DNA of 64,000 nucleotides, taken from Phenylobacterium deserti. Lineage in GTDB: Bacteria > Pseudomonadota > Alphaproteobacteria > Caulobacterales > Caulobacteraceae. Numbering within the stretch: the first letter of the stretch is position 1; every line of letters starts with the position of its first letter. A program made the position numbers and the translations under genes. Below, one piece after another: positions 51,390 to 60,489 of this stretch. The notes beneath the pieces were generated by a model. That model was not told the origin of the DNA and did no database searches. It worked only from the letters and a program-made list of their open reading frames with translations. The stretch spans positions 4,606-68,605 of the forward strand of contig CAMCIK010000004.1 of the NCBI GenBank assembly GCA_945874825.1, read 5' to 3'.

Positions 51390-51691
51390 TTTCACCCTCG
51401 TGTTTTGTGCTGTACGGGGCGCTAGCGCTTGCACATGTCAGTTCGGCCACGCTTGTATGAACATCATGCGCGTAGGGCCTGCGATCCCGGATTTCGCAAA
51501 CTCTGGGCTCAGGGTGTTGTCGCGTGGGCACACTCGCGTACCAGGCGGTTGCGGCCCCCAGCCCTGAGAGGTCCTGGCCATTGAACCGACCTATCGGCCG
51601 AGAGCCGGGAAAAACGCCGGAGCCCCGGGGACGTCGCAGTTCCTGACGACCGCACCCCCGTAGTCGTACGTTATCGGGCGCCTGCCGCCGC

Positions 51692-52221
51692 TCAGAGCGA
51701 AGGGACCAAAGGGCCTTGCCCCCTTGGTACCTGGTCGCCTGCTCGCCGCGGCGGCAGCGGCCCCAGGAAGTCACGCTTTCCGATGTCCACCCCGGCCATT
51801 CTCGGCAGCGCGCAGGCCATGGCGGTGTGGAAGAGGACGTTGGGCAGGGCGAAGTTCAGTGCGTAATCCGGGGCCGGAAAGTGACGGTCCCCCTTGGGGC
51901 TGGGCAGGATGATCTCGCGTTCGCCAGCGCCGTCGAAGTCCGCTGGAGCCAGGGTGCCCGGCTCCTGCAGCGCCCGGCGAAGTCATCGGGCGGCAGGCCG
52001 CGAAGCCGTCGTGTGGCACCTAGGGCGTTATTGATGGCTGCCTGGATCTGGAACGGAAGGGGATTCATGTCTGGGGCGAGGCGCAGCTCTGTGAGGCCAG
52101 ATAGCCCCTCGCCAGGACCGGCCGCCTCGCAGTGAGCCTCGGCCTTTTCAAGCAAGCCGAGCAACACGTGCAGCGCGCGCTGAAACCTTGGCACGGTCAG
52201 GTCGAACAGATTGAAGGTCAT
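51692..52221 (-). pseudogene. DUF1993 family gene with a frameshift
   Basis: MTFNLFDLTVPRFQRAL...RLAPDMNPLPFQIQ in one frame. The family C-terminus (..YALNFALPNVLFHTAMA...GKRDFLG) continues in another frame. The switch lies near 51970-51980 (GCCGGG run). Confidence 0.55.
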
Positions 52222-52391
52222 GATGGCTCGAGCCTCCCCCGGCGAGGCGGCATGAGGCCGATTGGTGTCGTGACGGTGACAAGGCTGGAGAGTTTCAACC
52301 CGAAGCGGAGCCTGACGCCCTCGGGGAGGCTTCGCCTTTACGGCCGCCTTCGATGCCGGGACATTGGGAAATTGACCCCGGAGGGCGCAAC

Positions 52392-52967
52392 ATGACGGCT
52401 GGCGTTTCATCCTTCCTCGCAGCCCTGGCCCTGATGGCAACGGCGGGGTTCGGGGGTGCAGGCCTGCGGGCCGACGACATCCCCGTAGCGCACACGCCGA
52501 AAGTCCCCGGGGGAAGCGGCAAGACCTTCCCCGAGCCCGTCCTGCGCCGATGCACCGAGCCCCTGGCGGCAGGCGCACCGGACCTGCGCGGCATCTGGCG
52601 GATCGTGGAGGTCAACGGCAAGGCGCCGGCCCCGGGTGAGCGCATGCACGGCTATGTGGAGCGGATCGAGCAGTGCGGGAACCGGATCGTCGACATGGGG
52701 GGCGGGACCATCGCCGACGCCCGGGCCGACGGGACCGAGGCCAACGCCGTGCACGATGTCTCGGTCCGCGACTTCCGCACTCCCATTGTCGCCATTGCGA
52801 CCTACGAGGCGGGTGCCTTCATCCTGCGCCCCGTGGGGATGCCGGGGATCGAGGTGCGCCGCTGGCTGGAGCCCGACGGCCGGATGGGCTGGACCCGGCC
52901 CGACCTCGGCCGGATGCGCCTGGAGCGCATCGGCGGGCCGAACGATCCCTACACCCGGGGGGAGTAG
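52392..52967 (+). CDS. hypothetical secreted protein
   Basis: ATG 52392 (GGAGGG SD) gives signal peptide MTAGVSSFLAALALMATAG. No family recognised. Confidence 0.5.
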   Translation: MTAGVSSFLAALALMATAGFGGAGLRADDIPVAHTPKVPGGSGKTFPEPVLRRCTEPLAAGAPDLRGIWRIVEVNGKAPAPGERMHGYVERIEQCGNRIVDMGGGTIADARADGTEANAVHDVSVRDFRTPIVAIATYEAGAFILRPVGMPGIEVRRWLEPDGRMGWTRPDLGRMRLERIGGPNDPYTRGE

Positions 52968-52980
52968 GCGACAGGCAGAG

Positions 52981-53583
52981 TCAGGCGGCTTCGGCGGCCT
53001 TGAAGGCGGGGCGCGCCTCCAGCCGGTCGGCATAGGCGCCGAGGTTCGGGAAGTTGCCGAAGTCCGCGCCGAGGCGACGGGACATGATGACGGCGTGTCC
53101 CGTGATGGTGTCGGCGATGGTGAAGTCGCCGGCGATGTACTCGCGCCCGGCCATGTGGGCCTCGGCGGCTTCCAGCACCCGGCCCAGGAGCTTCACGGCC
53201 CGCGCCGCCATCTCCGGGTTGCGCCGGTCGGGGGGCAACAGGACCGTCTCGACGACATAGTTGTTGATCGGCGGCATGATCATGCCCTCGGCATAGTGCA
53301 GCCACTGCAGGAAGAGCGCGAAGTTAGGGGCCTCCGGACCGGGGGCCAGGTGCTGGGCGTACTTGGCCCCGAGGTACTGGGCGATCGCGGTACTCTCGGA
53401 GATCGTCGTGTCGCCGTCGATCAGGGTCGGGACCCGCCCGTTCGGATTGATGCGGGTGTATTCCGGCCCCCGCATTTCCCTCTGGCCGAGGGTGAAGCGC
53501 TCCAGCTCATAGGGCAGGCCGATCTCCTCGAGGAGCCAGACCGTGCGCACCGCGCGGGAGTTCGGAGCGAAATAGACCTTCAT
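52981..53583 (-). CDS. glutathione S-transferase
   Basis: 200 aa. N-terminal thioredoxin-like domain (..NPNGRVPTL....ISESTAIAQYL). Confidence 0.85.
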   Translation of the reverse strand: MKVYFAPNSRAVRTVWLLEEIGLPYELERFTLGQREMRGPEYTRINPNGRVPTLIDGDTTISESTAIAQYLGAKYAQHLAPGPEAPNFALFLQWLHYAEGMIMPPINNYVVETVLLPPDRRNPEMAARAVKLLGRVLEAAEAHMAGREYIAGDFTIADTITGHAVIMSRRLGADFGNFPNLGAYADRLEARPAFKAAEAA

Positions 53584-53677
53584 GGGGACATCCTTGTCTC
53601 GGGGGCACCGGTAGAGGGGAGGAAGCTAGCAGCCCGGGCGATGCCGGGGCAACATCCAGAGGGCGGAGAGGATTGGC

Positions 53678-54280
53678 TCACCTCCTCCGCAGGAGGATCC
53701 ATCCGGCGAGACCGAGGGTGCCGAACACACCTGCCGCGGCCAGTTGGATCGCCAGGAGCGAGAACACCGGCGTGGTCGCCCGGGCCTCGGTATAGGTCAG
53801 GGACGCAAACTTGTTGCCGACGCCTGCGCTCATGGCCGGATCGGTGAAGATAACCAGGAAGTCGCGCAGGGATCGGTAGCGGACCAGGGCAGCCCGGTTG
53901 AACGCCCTGGGGTCGTCTCCGATCAGCTGCCCCTGGACTCGACCAATGTAGACCGGCAGGGAACCGCGCTTGAGCAAGGCCGGAAGCACGACGCGCGCAT
54001 AGGCCATGTCCGCCTGACGGGCCTCCGGGCCTGTGGCAAGCTGCTCAAGGTTCAGCATGTAGAATTCCCGTCCGTCGTCGAGGGCGATCAGGGTCTCCAG
54101 GGTCTTCAGGACCTCGGGATGCCCGGAGGCGGACGGGGACGTCCTGACTCGCTCAAGGAAGGCCCTGCCCTCTCCGGGCGTCAGGGCCGGGCCGGAACCG
54201 CCATACCAGAGAAGACATCCCACGTAGGCGAGGCCGACAAGCACCACCCAGCCCAGACGCAGTCTCTGACGGTTGATCAT
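53678..54280 (-). CDS. hypothetical membrane-anchored protein
   Basis: 200 aa with hydrophobic helices at both ends. The start lies 3 nt after the stop of the truncated receptor. Confidence 0.45.
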   Translation of the reverse strand: MINRQRLRLGWVVLVGLAYVGCLLWYGGSGPALTPGEGRAFLERVRTSPSASGHPEVLKTLETLIALDDGREFYMLNLEQLATGPEARQADMAYARVVLPALLKRGSLPVYIGRVQGQLIGDDPRAFNRAALVRYRSLRDFLVIFTDPAMSAGVGNKFASLTYTEARATTPVFSLLAIQLAAAGVFGTLGLAGWILLRRR

Positions 54281-54283
54281 GCG

Positions 54284-55018
54284 TCATGCTCCACTGGCGG
54301 AGTAGCTGCGTTCGCTCGCATTCAGTCGCGTGCGGCCGGTGTAACTGCCGAACAAGGTCAGGCGCAGGCCGTTGTCGAGCTTGGTCCCGGCCTTCACCGT
54401 GAACAGCCCTTCCTGATAGTCGGTGCCCTCTGACCCGCCGCCCTGAAGTTCGACGCGGAGGCCCTGGAAGCGCGTATCCAGGACGGTGTTGACCACGCCC
54501 GCCACGGCGTCGGTGCCGTAGATGGCGGCTGCGCCGTCCCGAAGCACTTCCACGCGCTTCACGCCGGAGACCGGGATCGCGTTGGTGTTTGGCGTCGTGA
54601 CCGGCACGAAGTTCTCGGTCTGGGTGCCCGGGTGCAGGACGGACCGGCGACCGTTCAGCAGCATCAGCGTGTTGCCGGTACCCAGGCTGCGCAGGTTGAG
54701 CGAGGCCACGTCGCCGCGCGCGTCGTTCAGGTTTCCGGTGGTCCGGGCTTCCTGGAACTGGACGTCGCCAGCCTGGGGGATGGCCCGGAACAGCTCATCA
54801 CCCGAGACCGCGCCCGTGGCGATGATATCGTTCTCGGTGACCACGGTCACAGGAAGGGAGGTGTCGACCTTCGCGCCCTTGATCTGGCTGCCGATGACCG
54901 TGACGGCCTCGACTTCCGTACCTTCGGAACCCGTGTTCTGGGCGAAGGCCGGAGCCGCCGCCAGGGACACCCCCGCGAGCAGGGCGAACTTAAAGGTCGT
55001 CATAATTCTGTGGGACAT
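54284..55018 (-). pseudogene. TonB-dependent receptor fragment (signal peptide, plug and first barrel strands only)
   Basis: 244 aa. ..AFAQ.. signal, VTVIGS, plug motifs (LNLRSLG.., VEVLRDGAAAIYGTDAVAGVVN). It ends about 500+ aa short of a normal receptor. Confidence 0.7.
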
Positions 55019-55117
55019 GCCCGGTAACCTCCGATGTACGCGGAATCAGGCGTTCCGCCCTGACCTTCGCCGCGTCGTTCAGGATCGCTGTTCGGCCGAC
55101 CCCCGCCAATACCAATA

Positions 55118-55139
55118 CCTTTCCAACACTTCGGAAAGG
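55118..55139 (-). terminator. hairpin after the enolase-superfamily remnant
   Basis: CCTTTCC-8 nt-GGAAAGG about 13 nt after the stop at 55152, followed on the minus strand by a T-rich TATTGGTATT. Confidence 0.4.
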
Positions 55140-55151
55140 CATAACCCAAAC

Positions 55152-55460
55152 CTATACCCTATCTCCGGGCTCTCCCCAGAATCCTGTGGCCGTCGGTGCC
55201 ATCCAGCCCCCCTCGATCCTTACCCCGCCAGGCCAGTCGCTGGCGAGCCTCCAAGGACCGTCAAGGTCAACGAAGTCAGAGGCACCGGCGATGTGCAAGG
55301 CCGGCGCGATGGCGAGGGAAGAGCCCACCATGCAGCCTGTCATCACCACGAGGCCCAGCCTGCGGGCCTCGGCCAGCAAGGCGATCGCCTCGGTCAGGCC
55401 GCCGGCCTTGTCGAGCTTGATGTTGACGGCCTGGTAGCGCCCCCGGACACCGCCGGCGAG
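55152..55460 (-). pseudogene. C-terminal remnant of an enolase-superfamily enzyme (dipeptide epimerase / muconate cycloisomerase-like)
   Basis: In-frame ..YQAVNIKLDKAGGLTEAIALLAEARRLGLVVMTGCMVGSSLAIAPALH.. is the last ~100 aa of the fold. No upstream barrel or capping domain is present. Confidence 0.6.
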
Positions 55461-55882
55461 CCGACAAATCCGAGAAAGTCTGGCCCGAACGCCACTTCGA
55501 CAAAGCCGAAATCGCCGCTGAGGAGCCGAGGCGGCGTGGACATGGGCTGGCCGCTGACCTGGACCGGTGGCGCCTGGTGCTCCCGAACGGAGAGCACCTG
55601 CCCCGATGCCGCCTGTCCACCCCGAAGCTGGACACCTTCATCAAGATCCAGGGCATCACGATTTAGTATGATGGACACCGGCGTACCGGTGTCGAACATC
55701 AACCGCCCCCTGGCTTCGCCGATGGTTGCAGCGATCAGGGGTTTGCCATCGACGACCTCGAACGGGATTTCACGCCAGCCGGCAGCCTGACCGAGCAGGG
55801 CCGGATTCGGGTTCGGAGTCGGGTGCGGAAGGGTGACGGCCGCCATCAGGGCCAGAGACGTCGAGAACGCGATAAAGCTCAT
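55394..55882 (-). pseudogene. retropepsin-like aspartic protease gene, 3'-truncated and running out of frame into the enolase remnant
   Basis: Signal peptide MSFIAFSTSLALMAA and catalytic LMFDTGTPVSII. Sequence stops resembling the family after GPDFLGFVG, then reads through the remnant in a wrong frame. Confidence 0.5.
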
Positions 55883-56123
55883 GGGCGACGACCTTTGAAA
55901 ACCGTGATGCAGTCGCTGCCGGACGGAACCGCTGCGTGTCTTACGGGGCCCCAACCAAGCCCTCTGTCCATGCGAATTGTCCATGGCGGGTGCCGCAATC
56001 GGTATCTCTCATTTTGTTCTTGTTTTGTTCTTTTCATTTCCGGCCTCTCATGTTCTTGTTCGCTGAAGGCCTGGACGGTGCCCTGCCGTACCACCGGCCC
56101 CCAAGCGAAAGGAAACCTGAAGA

Positions 56124-56828
56124 ATGGCGAGAATGCCGCAGGGACAGCCCCGTCCCGTCCCGGATCTCGACGGTGACCGCTACGACGAGATGCTGCGCCA
56201 GGAACGGCTGAGGCGCGCCCAGGCCGAGGCCGCCGAGGCCGGGCCGCCTGGCGCTTCAGTGGGACATCCGGAACTGCTGGAATCCCTCATCCCCGTCTGG
56301 GGGTCCGGGCGGGAGGCCGTGGCCGACTTCCAGGAAGGGGACTATGCGGGGGCGGCCCTGAACGGTGCCCTTGCGGCCTCCGACCTGTTTCTGGCAGGCG
56401 CGATCGTCAAGGGCGTAGCCAAGGGTGGCTTCTACACCGTAGGCAAGATGGCGGCCAAGAAGGCAACCAAGAAGCCAACCAAGACGACCCCCTATAACTG
56501 GGATGCGAAGGTGCGCCCCTGGATGGGCGAGAAGCGCTATCTGGCCAAGGGGCAGGCGGGCCACCATTGGGCCATCCCACAGAACGGCTGGGGCAAGGGC
56601 GTGCCGGAGAGGATCAAGAATCAGCCCTGGAACATCAAGCCCATGCCGGAGGGGCCGGCAGGTGCCGAGATGCACGGCCGTATGACGGGGCGCTACAAGG
56701 GCAAGCCGAAGTTCAACGCCCTGGAGCGGTACATCTACGGCACGCCCGCCTGGTCTAAGACTGCCACGGGTGCCGCCGTGGGGCACCCGGCGGCGGCGGC
56801 CAAGGCAGAATCGGAGAAGAGACGATGA
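56124..56828 (+). CDS. small polymorphic-toxin-like protein: PT-TG-like segment plus GHH/AHH-type HNH (EndoVII-fold) nuclease-like C-terminus
   Basis: LIPVWGSGREAVADFQEGDYAG resembles the pre-toxin TG domain. GQAGHHWAIPQ...NQPWNIKPMP...EMHGRMTGRY fits an HH...N...H-G...Y HNH pattern. Inference from motifs only. Confidence 0.45.
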   Translation: MARMPQGQPRPVPDLDGDRYDEMLRQERLRRAQAEAAEAGPPGASVGHPELLESLIPVWGSGREAVADFQEGDYAGAALNGALAASDLFLAGAIVKGVAKGGFYTVGKMAAKKATKKPTKTTPYNWDAKVRPWMGEKRYLAKGQAGHHWAIPQNGWGKGVPERIKNQPWNIKPMPEGPAGAEMHGRMTGRYKGKPKFNALERYIYGTPAWSKTATGAAVGHPAAAAKAESEKRR

Positions 56829-57316
56829 GCCCGACCTTTCCGGCTATCGGATTCCGCCAGGACGTGGGGCGCTACGCCACGCCCGGCCTGGAGAAGTTCG
56901 TCGAATTCAGCAGTTCGGAGGACTTCGCGATCTGCAACGGATGGGAGCTGAAGTACGGCGCCCGCAACGGCATGGTGCTCGTGGACTCCGAACTGCGGAG
57001 CTGGAGGGTGGTCAGCGTAACGCGGCTGGGGATCGTCCCGCCCCTTTGGTCCTTCCTGATCAGGTTTCTGCTCCAGCAGGCACCCTATTGGGTCGACCAG
57101 GAACTGGAGCCCCTCGAGCCGATCACTCTGGACCAGCTGAAGGACCGCATGGCAGCCTCCATCCTGTCCAACCCGGACGACTGGCGCGATGACGAGGCCA
57201 TCGCCGGAGAGGACGGCCCGCCCCAGGACGAACAGGAAATGCTGGACGCGAGGGTCGCCGGAATCCGCGCCGCCGACTCCGTCGAGGCGATCTGGGAGTT
57301 CCTCTACTGCCGCTGA
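56825..57316 (+). CDS. hypothetical protein, candidate cognate immunity protein
   Basis: 163 aa. The start overlaps the toxin-like gene stop (ATGA). Acidic, with no signal peptide. Confidence 0.4.
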   Translation: MSPTFPAIGFRQDVGRYATPGLEKFVEFSSSEDFAICNGWELKYGARNGMVLVDSELRSWRVVSVTRLGIVPPLWSFLIRFLLQQAPYWVDQELEPLEPITLDQLKDRMAASILSNPDDWRDDEAIAGEDGPPQDEQEMLDARVAGIRAADSVEAIWEFLYCR

Positions 57317-57398
57317 TCTGAGGGGTGCGGGGTTACCTCCGAGTCCTCCAGACTTCGCCCCGCCCGGGCGCCCCGCAACCCAAGAGAAAGTGACCGAA

Positions 57399-57794
57399 AT
57401 GACCCCCAGAGACGACCGGCCTTCCCCGGACGATGAAGACGCCTTCAACGCCTGGCTCGAGCGCAAGCACCGGGAGCGCAAGTCGAGTTCCGAGGCCGAG
57501 GTTCGCCAGCGTCGCGAGGCCGAATTTCCTGAGCCCCTCCAGGGGCGATGGGTCTGCCCGGACGGCTCGGACACCGATGTCGTCATCCAGGGCAGCCAGA
57601 TCATCTGATGCGGCTTACCCAGGCCCTATGTCGACAAGATTCTCGTGGGCATCGAGGGCGACGAAATATTCTATGAAGTCGTCTTCCCCGACAACGTGGA
57701 CGAAGACAGTCAGACAATGCTGTTCCTCCTGGGAGACGACCTTTTCTTCCAAAGTTGGCACGACGTCGTCGGGCTCGTGAGGGCGGAGACCTGA
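57399..57794 (+). pseudogene. small ORF interrupted by an in-frame TGA (57606-57608)
   Basis: ATG 57399 ...VVIQGSQII-TGA-CGLPRPYVDKILVGIEGDEIFYEVVFPDNVDEDSQTMLFLLGDDLFFQSWHDVVGLVRAET-TGA. Both halves are in the same frame. Confidence 0.35.
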
Positions 57795-58179
57795 GGCCGG
57801 GTGCCCAGGTTCGGGCGCCTGCAGGCGGGTGACCGGCCGGTGCCAGCGGGGCGAACGGGATATCGCCTCCGGCACGCCTAACTGTCGTTTGCCCTCAACT
57901 GAGTGGCGCTGGGGGCAGCCTGGCCCCTGGCGATCTCCGCCGAACTCCACCTTGATGTCCGCCGCCCCGGTGGCGGGCAAGGCCGTCGCTCAAGAAGCTG
58001 GCTCGCCCACCTTGCACGGCGCGCAGGACCTGACGGCTTGGATTCGGCCCGACATCACTCCGGTGTTCGCCCGATGCCCATTGATGGGCGCATCCCGGCT
58101 GATAACTCCCCTTGCGAGCGTCCGCTTCCAGGAGCCGGCTGGCCTGCCGCCCAAATCTGCTCCTGTTCCAGGGTCGGCT

Positions 58180-59217
58180 TCAAAGTGGCGCGAACAAGGG
58201 CTCACAGCCCGTGCCAAGGAGAAAACGGTCCACACGTCCGCGTGCCGCGTCATCCAGCGCGAAGTAGGCCTTCCGGAGCCAGCCAAGGCATTTTGCCTGG
58301 TATACAAAGGACTCCTGCACCCAGCGCTGGCCGTCCACCTCGCACTCCACCTGCTTTGCGCCCTGCGCGACCGCGTTCGCATTGCCGATCATGAAGGGTG
58401 CATAGACCCGGCCGACTTCGCAAAGCAGGCTGCGCAATGTCGGCGGCGGATCGGACAGGTCGACCCAATCGGCTTCGCTCACTTCGAGCCCGCTCACATC
58501 CTCCAGCCTTTCGGTCCAGGCGTAGGCCCGGGGCGAGACCTCCATGGCGACCTGGCCCGGCGTGGGATCAGTGATCACGAGCATCGTCATCTGACCGAAG
58601 GCTGCGAAATCACCGGCGCCGGGCCGTTGCCCCAGAAGGTAGGGCTGGTTCTGGATGTGCGCCTCGAACACCTCCAGGAAGCGACGCCAGCTGCTCTCGA
58701 TGATTGGCGCAGTCACAGGGTTGGATCCCACGACGCCGATACGGGATATCTGCCGACTGGCGAAGGCCCGTTCCGCCCGCTCGCCCTGCTCGCGCGTTAT
58801 CTGCATGGCCCCGGTGTAGGGCAGATAGGCGCTCGCCTTCCGGGTGTCCGCCGCATACGACCAGCGATAGTGAAACATGCACTTGCTCAGCCACTCGTCG
58901 CCATAATCCTCGAGCAGCAGGTCAATGAGGTTGAGCGCGGGGTCCGAAGGCCGGAGCCGTCGTTCAGCATAAGCCTCTTCAAGATGATTCAGGATCGGTG
59001 TGGTGTCTGACATCGCCGTGAGCGGATCGCCATCGGCTGCGGGAAGCACAATGTAAGGCAATAGCGGGAGCGGGCGCGCCGGCAGCGCATTCGCTTCCTT
59101 GTCTCCCATGACCACAAAGCGGAAAGGCAGGCGTCGGAAGCGGAGCGCCGCGCGGAGTTTCCGCGTGTAAGGCGACGCTCCCACCCCAACAAGTCTCAGG
59201 TCTCTCTCCGAACTCAT
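58180..59217 (-). CDS. glutathione S-transferase-like protein
   Basis: ATG 59217 (MSSERDLRLVGVGASPYTRKLRAAL) within track ORF 58180..59352. Thioredoxin-like N-domain with an SPY motif and a long helical C-domain. Confidence 0.55.
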   Translation of the reverse strand: MSSERDLRLVGVGASPYTRKLRAALRFRRLPFRFVVMGDKEANALPARPLPLLPYIVLPAADGDPLTAMSDTTPILNHLEEAYAERRLRPSDPALNLIDLLLEDYGDEWLSKCMFHYRWSYAADTRKASAYLPYTGAMQITREQGERAERAFASRQISRIGVVGSNPVTAPIIESSWRRFLEVFEAHIQNQPYLLGQRPGAGDFAAFGQMTMLVITDPTPGQVAMEVSPRAYAWTERLEDVSGLEVSEADWVDLSDPPPTLRSLLCEVGRVYAPFMIGNANAVAQGAKQVECEVDGQRWVQESFVYQAKCLGWLRKAYFALDDAARGRVDRFLLGTGCEPLFAPL

Positions 59218-59659
59218 CCCACGCCACTCCCACTTCACTCTTGTAGCCGGCCACCAAGGCGGCTTCCACGAGGCACGTTGAAATGCGGCAAAGGCGCGGG
59301 ACACGATGCACCGCGGCTCTGCCTCTTCGGCTCGCCCTTGCTGGATGGACACTAGCGCCCGAAGATAAACTCGATTTCCTGTTTCGACCCGGAATTACGG
59401 TTCCTGGCAACGGGTGATCATGTCCGATCCCGGGGTTCGTTGTGGCAGGGTGATCACCGCCTTCCCCCGGAGGGCAGGCGTACGGTCAGACGTCCAGGAT
59501 GCGCCGGTGCCGAAACCGGGGCCGGCGACCGTCCTGGCTCAATGCGTTCCGGTGAGATCGCGCGAGAGAAGGATCGCCCGCTCAACTCCCATTTGAGATC
59601 GGCTGACCCGTTGGCAGGGTCTCCGCCCGGAAGCGGTGACCGACAGGTCCTCAACACGC

Positions 59660-60139
59660 CTAGGACCTTCGTTCCTCAGACGTGCACAGCGCGAGATAGA
59701 GCGTTAGGGCCACCACCGGAACAGCGTACCCGTTGAGCGCCGCTCCCGGCGCGGTAGCGAGCGTCACGATGGGTTTCAGATGGCCTGAGATCGCACGCAG
59801 GACGGGTTCCAGCAGCAGAACGCACAGGATGAACGGTATGAGCCCGCGGTAGCGAAGACGCAAAACCCACAGGGCCCCAACGAGCAGCAGTTGGCTCGCT
59901 CCCCACTGGCCGAAGATCGCGACGATATTGTCGCCCCCGGCAACACTCGTGTCGATCGTTGCGATGCTATGGGCCCCGCCGTCGGGCAGGAACAGATGGG
60001 CCAGACTCCGCGCAGTGATCACGACCAGAAGGATCGTCGTAATCCAGGTGGCGATGGCCGGGCCGCCGAAACGCGTGGGGTCGGACGGAAGCAGACCGGC
60101 GGGGCGCGGAATCCAGGACGTCGGCAGCAGAGTGCTCAT
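59660..60139 (-). CDS. hypothetical polytopic membrane protein
   Basis: 159 aa with 4 hydrophobic segments. No family recognised. Confidence 0.45.
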   Translation of the reverse strand: MSTLLPTSWIPRPAGLLPSDPTRFGGPAIATWITTILLVVITARSLAHLFLPDGGAHSIATIDTSVAGGDNIVAIFGQWGASQLLLVGALWVLRLRYRGLIPFILCVLLLEPVLRAISGHLKPIVTLATAPGAALNGYAVPVVALTLYLALCTSEERRS

Positions 60140-60489
60140 GCAAGATCCCTGTCAGGACAATGTGACACCTCCGGGCGGGCACGTATCGGGCCACCCACCC
60201 CATGCTGACGAACCTGGCGGCTCGATTTCGCGGGGCCTGAGGATCCCTTGGTTATGGCGCAGGCGACGGCTGCCTTCCACACAGATTGCTGCAGGAGGTC
60301 GCTTCTCTCCGGTGGGTCAGGGCCTGGAAGCGGACGCTGGACCGACAGGGCGTCAGCCCACAGCCAGACTCCAGCGTCTGAGTTTGTCCCGGAGCGGGTT
60401 GAGGGCTCGCCTGTGGTTCGCGCTGGGGCTCCATCTCGGGAGACGACAGGGGCTGGCGTCCCGCCGGCCTGGCCTCTAGCCTGCGGGAA

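Noticed and set aside
51435-51691. Possible riboswitch (cobalamin or TPP) in the ~300-nt leader of the TonB-dependent receptor
   Set aside because: I read the minus strand and found neither a B12 box (GCCACTG-type core) nor the THI-box CUGAGA...ACCUGA arrangement. Part of this stretch is the extended tail of the frameshifted DUF1993 gene.
59218-59659. 440-bp gene-free stretch with two GGGTGATCA copies (59411, 59448) and short ORFs (59414..59596, 59440..59736)
   Set aside because: The short ORFs have no SD, no motifs and mutually overlapping frames. The 9-mer repeat is short enough to be chance. Left unannotated as intergenic.
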